Origin: Camelus dromedarius
Lineage: Eukaryota
DNA: 64,000 nucleotides
Direction: 5' to 3'
Assembly: GCF_036321535.1 (NCBI RefSeq)
Contig: NC_087437.1
Location: 89,096,001-89,160,000 of the forward strand
Below are positions 24,266 through 35,674 of this stretch, in pieces. Within the stretch, counting starts at the first letter, position 1, and every line of letters starts with the position of its first letter. The position numbers and the translations under genes are program-made. Under the pieces are notes generated by a model. That model made no database searches. It was given only the letters and a program-made list of their open reading frames with translations, and was not told the DNA's origin.

Positions 24266-25200
24266 ACTATGTGGCATAGGTTATGTTCAGCTGCTACTCT
24301 ACTTACTTTAAAGTAAATTTTAAAAGCACATTGGAAATGAATCTTAGGAAACAAAGAAATATCAAGTAGTTTAATATATTAAAACAAAGTTAGCAGTAAA
24401 AACTACATTGAGTTAACATTGCTAATAAAATTTTAAAATCTCATTGTCTCTGCATTAAAAAATACTAATTGACTTACATCTTAGAGAAACACTTGAAATA
24501 GCAATAATGTCAAAGTGTATTAACTATTTAAAATATTTTAAAATATTAAATCTGCAAATCTGGCAGCACAGATCAAAGGTATCAGTCCTAAAACAGTCGT
24601 AAAGTATACTATTTAGTTCTTAAATAGCAGGTTAAATTTTTAATCTATCAATAAACACATATCTTCTAAAATAGAAATTTTTAACGCCTTTATTGTGGTA
24701 TGGTTCCTGTACAGTAAACTGCACGTATCTCAGATATACAATTTGATGAATTTTAAAATATGATTTTAATATATAGTAAGAAACTTCAATTTTAATATGA
24801 TTATTTATGGTCTATGAACACTTTCTAAGGCAGCAAATAAGTCATAAATTTAAATATTGATTTTTTAATGATAGTCTTCAAGAGAGATATTAATAATTAT
24901 TATTTCCCCTTTACTTTCCTTGTGTTGTTTGGTGTTTGTCTATATTTTCCAAGTATCCAGAAAATATATGTATTCCTTTACTGAGAATCTAATAAAATTT
25001 TAAAAGAATAGACTTTATTATTGCATATATTTGGTATATTTTTCCAACATATTAATACTTTCAAAAATATTGACTACAATTACAGCAAAAAAGATTATAG
25101 TGCTGACATAAGTCAATGTTAAAACATTTTATAATTGTACTTATGAATGATTACACTTTATTAAATAAAATGAGGAAATATGTCCATTTTCCAACTGGTA

Positions 25201-28200
25201 AATTTATCATAAGTGTGTAGGTTTCTTTATGGGCTCTCTATCCTATTCCATTGATCTATGTATGTGTGTTTTTTTTTTTTTTTTGCGAGTACCATACTGC
25301 TTTGAGTACTGTGGCTTTGTAATATAGTCTAAGTCAGGGAGTGTGCTTCCTACAGTTCTGTTCTTTCTCAAAATCATTTTGGCTATTTGAGGTCTTTTCC
25401 TTACAAATATTAAAATTATTTGTTCTTGTTCTGTGAAAACTACCACTGGAATTTTGCTAGGAATTGCATTGAATCTATTACCTCGGGTAGTATGGTCATT
25501 TTAACAATATTAATCCTTCCAATCCATGAACATGGTATATCTTTCCATCTATTTGTGTTGACTTTAATTTCTTTCATCAGTGTCTTATGATTTTCTGAGT
25601 ACAGATCTTTTACCTCCTTACGTAGTTTTATTCCTACGTATTCTATTCTTTTTGATGCAGTTGCAAATAGGATTGTTTCCTTAATTTCTCTTTCTAATAC
25701 TTTGTTGCTTGTGTATTGAATTGCAGCAGATTTCTGCATATTACTTTTGTATCCTGCAACTTTATCAAATTTATTGATGAGCTCTACTGGTTTTCTGGTG
25801 GCTTCTTTAGGCTTCTATGTATAGTTTCATGTCATCTGCAGACAGTGACAGTTTTACTTCTTCCTTTCCAATTTGGATTCCTTTTATTTATTTTTCTTGT
25901 CTGATTGTTGTGATTAGGACATCCAATAGTATGTTGAATAAAAGTAGCAAGAGTGAGTATACTTGTCTTATTCCTATCTTAGAGGAAAAGCTTTCAGCTA
26001 TTCAACATTGAGTATGATGTTAGCTGTGGACTTTATTTTATTGGTTGTGTTCCCTCTGTTCCCACGTTCTGGAGAATTTTTATTGTAAATGACATTAAAG
26101 TTTGTCAAAAGCCTTGTCTGCATCTATTGAGATGATCACATGGCTTTTATTCTTCACTTATTTAATGTGGTGTATCACATTGATTGATCTGCAGATATTG
26201 AAAAATCCTTGCCTCCCTGGGATAAATTCTACTTCATCGTGGTGTACAATCCTTTTGATGTATTTTTGGATTTGGTTTGCTAATATTTTGTTGAGGAGTT
26301 TTGCATCTGTGCTCATCAGTGATATTAGCCTGTAATTTTCTTATTTTGTGATAAATTTTTCTGGTTTTGGTATCAGATGATACTGGCATCATAGAATGAG
26401 TTTGGTAGTGTTCCTTCTTTTGCAATTTTTTTTTTGAATAGGTTGGGAAGAATAGGTGTTATTTCTTCTCTAAAGGTTTGATAGAATTCACTTGTGAAAG
26501 CATTTGGCCCTGGACTTCTGTTTGTTGGGAGTTCAGTCTTGGGAAAGTGTATATATCTAGGAATTTGTCCATTTCTTCTAGGTTGTCCATTTATTGATGT
26601 ATAATTTTTCATAGTAATCTCTTACAATCTTTTATATCTACATCAAATCTGAATGAGAGACTTGCTGGGTAGACTATTCTTGGTGATAGGTTTTTCTCTT
26701 TCATCACTTTAAGTACATCATGCCACTCCCTTCTGGACTGCAGAGTTTCTGCTAAAAAGTCAGTGATAACCTTATGGAGATTCCCTTGTATGTAACTTGC
26801 TGTTTTGTCCTTGATACTTTTAATATTCTCTCTTTATCTTTAATTTTTGCCATTTTAATTACAATGTGTCTTGCTATGTTCCTCTTTGGGTTAATCCTAA
26901 CTGGGACTCTCTGCCATTCCTGGACTTGGATGTCTATTTTCTTTCCCAGGTTAGGGAAAATTTTAGCTATTATGTCTTCATTTATGTTCTCAGTTCCTTT
27001 CTTTCTCTTCTCCTCTGGGACCTCTATAACATGAATGCTAGGGTGCTTAGAATTGTCCCAGAGTTCTCTTAGATGGTCCTCATTTCTTTTCATTCTTTTT
27101 TTCTTTTTTCTTTTTAGTGTCAGTGATCAGCTTGCTGATCCATTCCTCTGTTTCATTTAGTCTACTGTTTATTCCTTCTAGTGTATTTTTAATTTCAGTT
27201 ATTGTATTTTTCATCTCTGGTTGTTCTTTACTTTTTTAACTCTCTGTTAAACACTTCTGCCTTCTCACCTCTGTGCCTCCATTTTTCTCCTGAGTTCTTT
27301 GATCATCTTTATGATCACTATCCTGAACTCTTTCTTGGGTAGATTGCCTATCTCAACTACTTCATGGGTTTTATATTGTTCCTCCATTCAGAACATGTTT
27401 CTCTGTAGCCTCAGTTTGCTTAAGTTCTTTGTTTGTTTTTAATGTATCTGGTAGGTTGGTTATGTTTCCTGATTTTGGAGAAGTTCCTTTTGTAGGTGAT
27501 GTTTTGTATGCCCCAGCAGCACACTTCCCTCTCATCACCAGGGCTAATGCTCTAGGGGTTCCCCTATGAGGGCTGTGTAGGTCTTTCTGTTGTGATGGGC
27601 TGACAATGTGGTTAGCCCCTGGTCTGGTTGGTTGACAGGTCCTGCCTTATGCAGAGGTTACTGGCCATTGGTTAGTGAGACCAGGTCATAAAGTGACTGC
27701 CTGCAGAACCCTGGGGTGCCCTGCATCTAATGCTGATTTACTGGTTGCCAGAAGTCAGGGTCCAGGAGACTCTGGGACTATTTCCAGGTACTGTGGCCAA
27801 TGCTGGCCTACTGGTGAGCCGAGATGAATCCTGGGGGCTGGTGCAGGGCCCAGGTGTCCCAGATCTGGTATTGGATTGTGGGTTGATGGGGCTGGTTCCT
27901 GACACATATGTCTCTGTGGCCCAAGGTGTCTTGAAGCTTGTGCTGGCTGGGTAGTATGCAAGGCCAGAGCCCAGCAGATCCCAGCAGATCCCAGGGCAGG
28001 ATCTGGCCTGCTGGTGGGTGGGCTGGGTCTGTAGCTTGTAGTGCTGTGGTTTTTTGCAGCTGATGTCTGCTTCCTGGTGGGTGAGGCTGGTCCCAAGGCT
28101 AAAGCAGGCTTTTTGGTGAATGAGGCTGGGCCTAGGGAGTGCTGGGGCTGGTACTTGCCCACTAATGGGTAAAGCTGGATTCTATGGTCTCTGGCTGGAG

Positions 28201-29073
28201 GGTCCTTAGGGTCTCAGGTCTAGTGCTTATGCACTGTTGCATGGGGTTGGGTCCTGGTCTCTCTAGTGGGCAGAGATGTGTCCAGAGGCAGCTGTGTGCA
28301 AAGGGGGTCTTATGGCAGCCTATCTGCTGGTGAGTGGGGCTGTGTCCATGCCAAGTTATGTGCTTTGCCTGAGGCATCCCAGCACTGGCCCCTACACAAT
28401 GCTGAGCCGGACCAGGGCTGGGTCCTAGAGTTACTAAGCTAGAGGGTGGGTTCCAAAATTGTTCTCATAAGCACCAGTGTCCACATGGCCAAAGGTGCTC
28501 CCCAAAATGGCTTCTGCCAATGTCTTTGTCCCCAGGTTGAGTTGCAGTTGCCACCTGCCTCTCCAGGAGATTCTTCAAGATCATCAGGTAGTTCTGAGCC
28601 AGGTGCTTATCAAATTACTGCTTCTGCCATGGGTACCTGAGAGTGTGAGATGTTGTGTCCATTCTTTAATGAAGTCTCTATTTCCCCCAGCCCCCTGGGA
28701 TTCCTAAATTAAGCCCCACTAACCTTCAAAGCTAAATGCTCTGGAGGCTCATCTTCCCAGTGCAGGGCCCCCTGGCTGGGGAGCCCAGTGCGGGGCTTGG
28801 ACCTCTCACTTCTTTGGGAGAACCTCTGCAATTGTAATTATTTCCCTATTTGTGGTCACCCACCTGGGGGTGTTGGACTTACCTGTATCACAGCTCTGCC
28901 CCTCCTACCTGTCTCTGTGTGGTTTGTTAATATCTTAAGATGTAGAAGATCTTTTCTGATAGGTTCTGATCTTTTTCATTGATAGTTGTTCTGTAAATAG
29001 TTGTGATTTCAGTGTGCCTGTGAAAGGAAGTAAGCTCAGGGTCTTTGTCCCCCACCATCTTGGCAGACCCCCC
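25201..29073 (-). mobile_element. Older L1 with 5'UTR, partial ORF1 and internally deleted ORF2; 3' end absent
   Basis: YY1-type ccatcttgg at ~29055; ORF1-like ORF 26752-27093; RT remnants ([17 protein letters not shown]) 25200-26640. Confidence 0.9.
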
Positions 29074-29501
29074 AACTCCACAAGATAGAAATTTTTTATT
29101 ACAAGTGCTTTAATAGTTTGCACACAGTTATTGAAAAATCCATATATTTTATTCTAGAATATAAAGTCTATTTATTCTCCTTTCAATGTTTCTTTAAGAC
29201 TACAGTTTAAAAATGTTGGACCCAGAGCCACTCCAAAGTCATTCCAAAGTTATGTTTTTTATTTCTGTTTATGACAGATCACTATTTTGTGTTTGTTTCA
29301 ATTCCCCTTTGGGCTTTGTCAGTAGTGCCAATAATCCTTTGGCTGTAGAGTTAATTATTTTCTCATGATGATGTCATCAATAACCAGTTTACTAGCTTTC
29401 CACATCCCAGCTTCTTTAGATTAATGTTAGATTACATGGTTTCAATATGGTGGATGGAATTTGTTCAGTCACTAAAAGCCTCATTTGCTTCATTATTTTA
29501 G

Positions 29502-29642
29502 GTAATGGAATTATATTGTCTCAATAGAGACCATCGGTCTCAAGGATACCAAGCAATAGAATATGAATGAACGCACTGATACAAATCCATCTCCCTTCCT
29601 GCAAAGTCAGCTAAATTGAGTGGAGATCTGAGCTTATCACCT
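29502..29642 (+). other. Candidate non-coding exon (141 nt)
   Basis: tgcttcattattttAG acceptor and CCT|GTAAGT donor; stop codons in the frames tested. Confidence 0.25.
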
Positions 29643-29749
29643 GTAAGTACTTTTATCAATTCCTTAAAGAGTAACCAATTAAATATTAGATGAATCACTT
29701 GATATTGCTTGAAACTTTAAGAAGTCTTGGTCAATGTGTTAAGTGAGTT

Positions 29750-29890
29750 TTTGGAAACAAGGATTTGGAATTATACAAACTGGATTTCAGAGCCTGTCTA
29801 TGTTACTTAACTGTGTGACCTTGGAAAGGTATTTAACCTCTCTAAGCTTCAGGTTTCACAGTTTTAGAATGGGAATAACAACATCCACTA
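29750..29890 (+). mobile_element. MIR
   Basis: ctgtgtgaccttggaaaggtatttaacctctctaagcttcaggtttc core. Confidence 0.8.
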
Positions 29891-30034
29891 GACTGAAGTA
29901 GCTTTACAAAGAGGTACAAAGTGGGAGAGGGCTTTGCATGTTTCCTACATCATCCCTGATCCTGTTTTCCTTCTGAGGAACAGATACATATTTCCTTTTT
30001 AATTTTTAAAATGCCTAAACAATGGCAACAACAA

Positions 30035-30260
30035 CAGTGATAATTTATTATAAACAGTCACTCAGCACTAAACATGTAAGCCCTGTTCTAAATATTTCTA
30101 AAAACAAGTCATTCAATAGTAATATTATGAAACAGACAATATAATTATTTCCACCTACAGATGAAAACATTGGAGCACAGATTTGTTAAGGAACTTTTCT
30201 AAAGTCACATGGATAGTAAATGGCAGATTTGAGACTTAATTCAATCTCTTAACCATTTAT
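30035..30260 (-). mobile_element. MIR
   Basis: acagatgaaaacattggagcacagatttgttaaggaacttttctaaagtcacat antisense core. Confidence 0.75.
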
Positions 30261-33200
30261 ATGTGACTCAATACTGGTATCCTTTTAATATACATCATTT
30301 GTGCTTAATCTTCCTTGAATTTGGTTTTTGACACTTGCAATCAAAATTCTTCTAACATATACCTCATGTATAGTATATTAAATGCCTTCAAAAAATATCA
30401 GAAGCAACCATAGCAGCATCAACTCTGCTAGCATTGCAGGTAGGTGGTGTTGGCAGTGGTGGTGATGATGATGATTAAAATTGAGTCATTTACTCTGTGG
30501 CATGGTGATATGTGTCAGTGTGTAAGATACTCTGAACTGCTTATAAGCAAGTTTTTATTATGTAAGTTTAAAATGGAACTGAGTGATAAACCAACTAATG
30601 TACAACAACAAAAAGGCTAAAAGAGCCTTAGACATAAAGTAACTCAATAAAATGAATTCCGATATGAGCATATGTGTAAGGTATCATAAGACTAAATTGT
30701 TAATAAACAACTGGGAACGTGGGCTCATGCATGCAATTCAATTCAATAAGAATTGAATCAATTATGTTTTAAAGTTAAAACTGTTTTCAACATGCATTTT
30801 TGCTTAGTTTTCAGTTCTTTATGTTTTCCTTAAATAAATGCAGGAATTTTTATACTCAAGGAGAAATGTAGTATACATTGTTGCCCTAAATGTGACAACA
30901 CATTTGCAAGTTATTAATGCGCTTATTAGAGAAACATTCTGTATTTCCTTTGAAAATCTCACAGTGCTATTTTCTTGTTAAGAAAATCTTCAGCCTTTTG
31001 CCTTAAGCATTGCTTCTTCCGAGTGATATAATCCCGAAGAGCATTGGTGATGAACAATTTTAATAGATAGTGTAAAAATACCTTTTTTAAAGGATACACT
31101 CCAATAGAAATAATTTCTTTTCTAACAGGCAGTTATTTTTTCTCAGCTTCCTTGGTTTATTTTTCAAGATCAAGACTGTAAATCTTGCTTTGCCTTTGAT
31201 CCTCTCCGTTTATGGTTATGTAGAGTTTTCGGTCAGTCCAATCAGAGTTCCACATAGATTATCATCTAAAAGCTGCAAAGAGATTAACACACACACACTA
31301 AAATACTATGAAGTTAGAGTTTTCCAGGAGATACGGATTTTGAATCATTGTTTTTTCTTTATTTTATTCTCATTCCTCTTAAATATTGGATTATTAAAAT
31401 TTCTGGGATTTATTAAAATTTCTGGAAGGTAATTTATTTACAGGTATATCAAAAATTAGAAGAAGTAACTATTATATAATGTACTTTCAAAAATTATATA
31501 ATCAGGCCAAAGTAAATATCCTTTGTGAAGGTAAGAAAGGATAAATTGGTATAATGTATTTGTAAACTGAAGTATGTATTAAACATCAGTGTGGATTTCC
31601 TCCCTCTCCCTTCACTATTCTGATTTTCCCTTGTCAGCTAGATTCAATACTTACTGTAATTCCTCTCTCTCTCTCTATTTCATCTATCTAATATTTTTCC
31701 TCTAATGGTCCCTCTTGATCTGCTAGAGTATGCAAGAGAACTTTAAAGCGTTTAAAGGATTCTTATAAAATTAATGTGGACTGTGCAATTTAAATAATTT
31801 TAGGCCACCCTGAACAAAGACCTAAATAAGCATTCAAATAACTTGATATACTTTACAGAGATATAATCTTCAACCATTATTTCAATATTTACAGCTTCAT
31901 CCATCTTTTGTAATTCTTCTCAATCTTTTGTAAAAACCAGTCAAGACTCTGAATAGCTGTGTAAATGAAACAAGTGGCTTAGTAGATACACTCAAACCAT
32001 CTCACTTCTTCTAGGGTTATCAGTTAAAGTGGTTTATGATGGGCAGGAGATGTTAGCCAGATACATAATAGTTACATTAAAGACAGTTTTTTGATAGAGT
32101 AGGCAGTGTACATTTGGTGAGGGACCCTTATTTTAAAAAGTGGCAATAATGTCAAATGTTATAATAGCTGGGGAGTGGGGTAGGGTGGGGAGGGTGAACC
32201 AGACTTTGTGACTTACGTAATTTATCATGTGAATCTGATCTAAGATAACATGCCACCAAGTATCCATTATAATTAAATTATTTTTTGTATCTCCTTCTTG
32301 TTGTGAAACATAAAGGTGTCGTGAATTCTCAGTATTTGTTGGTCTGGCCAAGTATATAGTAACTAAATTTTAACCTGTTTTTACATACGCTGCTTTTGAT
32401 GAAAAGAAGGCTATAAGTCAAATTATATAGCTCACTCTGTTGTACTCCTTGAAAGGACATTAGTAGTAGACCCTATGTTGAAAGAAGAAAAAAGTAGAAA
32501 ACAATTTTGTGAATAGACTCCAGTCAAGCCACTATTTGAATAATCTCACAGAGAACAATTTCAACTCATGCGAGACCTGCAAGATCAAATATATAGAATT
32601 CTCATTATGAGAGTTATGAGAGGGAGCTTCATTAAGAATGGGGTTCAAAGAAAAAGTGATAGAGATACTCTAAACATGAGTGAAATGTACATCCAAGAAC
32701 CTAAAGCCAGTGGAACTGAGAAATGAGGGCTGACTTCTTGTGTATTTACAGTTTTGCATCATACTGCTGTGGAATTACTCCTAGTGTCTTTATTTGATGA
32801 TGTTATAATAGGTGACAGATTCTGATATGCTGGAAAGATACTATACAAAGGGTATGTTTAAAGTAACATCTAGTGAGAGAAGAAATTGTGATCCCTGAGT
32901 AATGATAATGGAAAATTATTCAAGCAGCAATTAAACATTCAGGGACCCTCCTGTTTGTAGAACTGCCTTAGGCCACGTTTAGTTACAGAGGCTATGGCGG
33001 CAGACCAGTAGAGAGCATGCCCCATTTATCCCGCATTTCTGGGTAATGAAGTGTTCCAGCAAAGTGTCTTTTCCCAGAGAAGTCTACCCCTTCAAAAAAA
33101 AAAGAAATGTTTTTATGAAAGCCTCTTCCCAGCCTGCGGTCTTCCACCCGCACTTAGGTCTATAACACTAAGACTCTCATCTTCTAACTCTGAAGTAAAG

Positions 33201-33615
33201 GTTTTTGGAAATCTTTCTAAATAGTTATATTTACCCTTTCTTCTTCAACAGAGTACATGACCTCTAAAGAAAAGAGAATTCAAAGTTACTAATGTCATGA
33301 TTGTTCTTAATTCTTTATTTTTAATCTAAATAACACCCATACACAAAGAAAGACGTTCCTATATTTTCCCTTCTTTGAGGTTTTTGTTTGTTTGTTTTGA
33401 AGAGGGCACTGGAGAATCAGCTGCCTGACCCTAGAGCTATGCTTAGACTGTTTTCTAGACACCATCCCTCTATGTGTACCTAGAAATGCAAAGTTAGAGA
33501 GCTCTTTTGGCTTCCTTATTCTAACCTCCTCATTGCAGGATGAGGATACTGAGCACCAGAGGGATGAAAGTCTGGCCCATCCATCAGGTATCAGTGCCGT
33601 TACCATAGCCTACAT

Positions 33616-33815
33616 CAGGGGTTGGAAAACTATGACCAGCAGAGAAAATTCAGTCCCTCTTCTGTTTTTTGTAAACAAAGTTTTACTGAAACACAGCCAT
33701 GTCCATTAGTTTGCATGTTATCACTGACTGTTTTCCTGCTATTACTACAGAGTTAATTGTGACAAGGACCAGAGACAGAGACATCTGACCCTTTACAGAA
33801 AACATCTGCTGCCTT
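33616..33815. mobile_element. MER58A-like hAT-Charlie element
   Basis: caggggttggaaaactatg…aaagttttactgaaacacagccatg…ccctttacagaaaa. Confidence 0.8.
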
Positions 33816-34429
33816 AAATCAGCCAGTTCACTGTCTAATACTTTTCCCGCTCTTTCCTAGTATACATTATTCATTTGCTGAATTCACCTTATACATAGGT
33901 ATGAATAACACACAGGGGCCTAAAGAATATGGTGAGGAGACTCATGTGTTAATGCTTTGTCTAAACAATGTCAGTTTTTATAGGGCGGGAACCTGAAGAC
34001 CACATTACTTTAAACCACATTACCTTTAAAATACAACACGTCATATTAATTCTCTCCAAATTGATGGAGTAGGAAGGATACAGAGAGAGTACATCTCTCT
34101 TTAATCTTCCTACACCACTTGTTTAGATCATTTAGTCTACTGGAGGAAGAACATATATGGGTTAATTACTAATAAACCTTGTTACATTGTTATAACAATA
34201 AGAAATTTGGTAATAATTTTGTTGTGTGGTATGTTTATGAGTAAATATAAATTATACATTCTTTAGAATGAAAACACATATGAATTCATTTATGATTATG
34301 AAATCAGGGATGTCTTGCTAAGTAAGTGTCCCTCTCCCCCTCTTGGCACAAACCATCTGCACATAAGCTTGGGTAATGAGGAAACTCCTGCTGAAATTCA
34401 GAACACTTCAGACAAGTTTTCTCATGCAC

Positions 34430-34720
34430 AAAATACTGCTTTTAATTGGTTCGTAGCTAAATTAATTAAGCTGGTATGACTCACTCTCCAGTCACAACTC
34501 AACTTGAAAACCACAAAGGAATATGGCTGGGATAACAAAAGCTAAGAGCCCTGAATTACTCCTGATTTTCATATTAACAAGGGAGTTCAGCCTAGAGAGA
34601 AAAGGTTAATTTGTTTTTTAATGGGCTTTTAAAAGACGTGATCAGGTCTAGTGTGATAATTTATGGTTAATCATATGTTTAGAGGCAAAAGGCATTAATC
34701 TTTTAATATTAGAGCCATTT
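34430..34720. promoter_or_regulatory. Putative enhancer (AP-1/RUNX/homeobox motif cluster)
   Basis: TAATTG 34443, TAATTA 34463, TGACTCA 34477-34483, AACCACA 34509-34515, ACAAAG 34513, in apparently unique sequence. Confidence 0.35.
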
Positions 34721-35207
34721 TGTGTAACAGAAAACAAAGTTCTCTTCATAGTAACTGTAAAAGTCAGGTCAGACTTCCTTTTTCAGCAAAGGGGGCAAAT
34801 TGACAAGAAGAAAGACATTCTATTTGAACAGTAGTGTGGTAAGAACAGAATGACAGAGCCATTCCCTGAGTAAACCTCATTCATAATCTACCTCCTCCTT
34901 GTTTTGCCATGTCTCATGATTTAAACGTATTTCCACTGACTTATGTGTTGGTGGTGCTGCACACTGAGCAATTGAGAAAAGTCTGTGTTCTGGACCTTCA
35001 CAAGCCACATTAAAGAGAAAACAATCTTTCTCAATCCTCTCAGTCCATCTTTACACCCCAACACGTAACTCCTGGAGCAGAAGTTTGCTGAACTGAACCA
35101 CAATTACTTTACCACATTGGAATCTTGCAAAAAAACATTCACAAAGAGAGCCACCAGCTCGGAAAAACAGCATACAACAATGCAAGTCCACAAACTGTGT
35201 TCAGGCT

Positions 35208-35674
35208 TTTATGGGTTGACTTCTTTCTCCTCAAAAGAGGTATTGAAGTTCTAACCCCCAGTACCTAAGAATGTGACTTTATTTGGAAACAAGGTTTTTA
35301 TGCAGGTGATTAGGATAAAATGAAGTCAGTAGGGTGAGCCCTAATCTAATATGGCTGGTATCCCCATAGAAACAGGAGGTTTGGACAGAAGGCATTCATG
35401 TAGGAAAGACAATATGAGACACGCAGGGAGAAGACAGCCATGTGACCGGAGTGATGCATCTAGAAACCAAAAAATGGTAAGGATTGACAGCAGACAGCAG
35501 AAGCTAGAAGAGGAGAGGAAGGATTCTCCCCTAAAGCCATTAGGGAGAGCATGGCCCTGCTGATACCTTGATTTCAGACTTCTACCTTCCAGAATTGTGA
35601 GGCAATACATTTCTGTTGTTTTGAGTCACTCAGTTTTTGATGCTTTGTTACAGCAGTCCAAGGAAGGTTATACA
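35208..35674 (+). mobile_element. MLT1C-like MaLR LTR
   Basis: ttatgggttga…cctaagaatgtgactttatttggaaa…gcatggccctgctgataccttgatttcagacttc…ataca. Confidence 0.9.

Noticed and set aside
24671..29097. atagaaattttt at 24671 and ~29085 as the TSD of the second L1
   Set aside because: AT-rich 12-mer; the adjacent 3' tail looks like an older L1 family and is not contiguous with the L1 body
11570..29123. Many 60-150 aa ORFs in the ORF track as host genes
   Set aside because: They are L1 ORF1/ORF2 fragments or antisense/5'UTR frames inside repeats
32568..32726. 52-codon ORF MRDLQDQIYRIL…
   Set aside because: Short, no recognisable homology or convincing splice context; expected by chance
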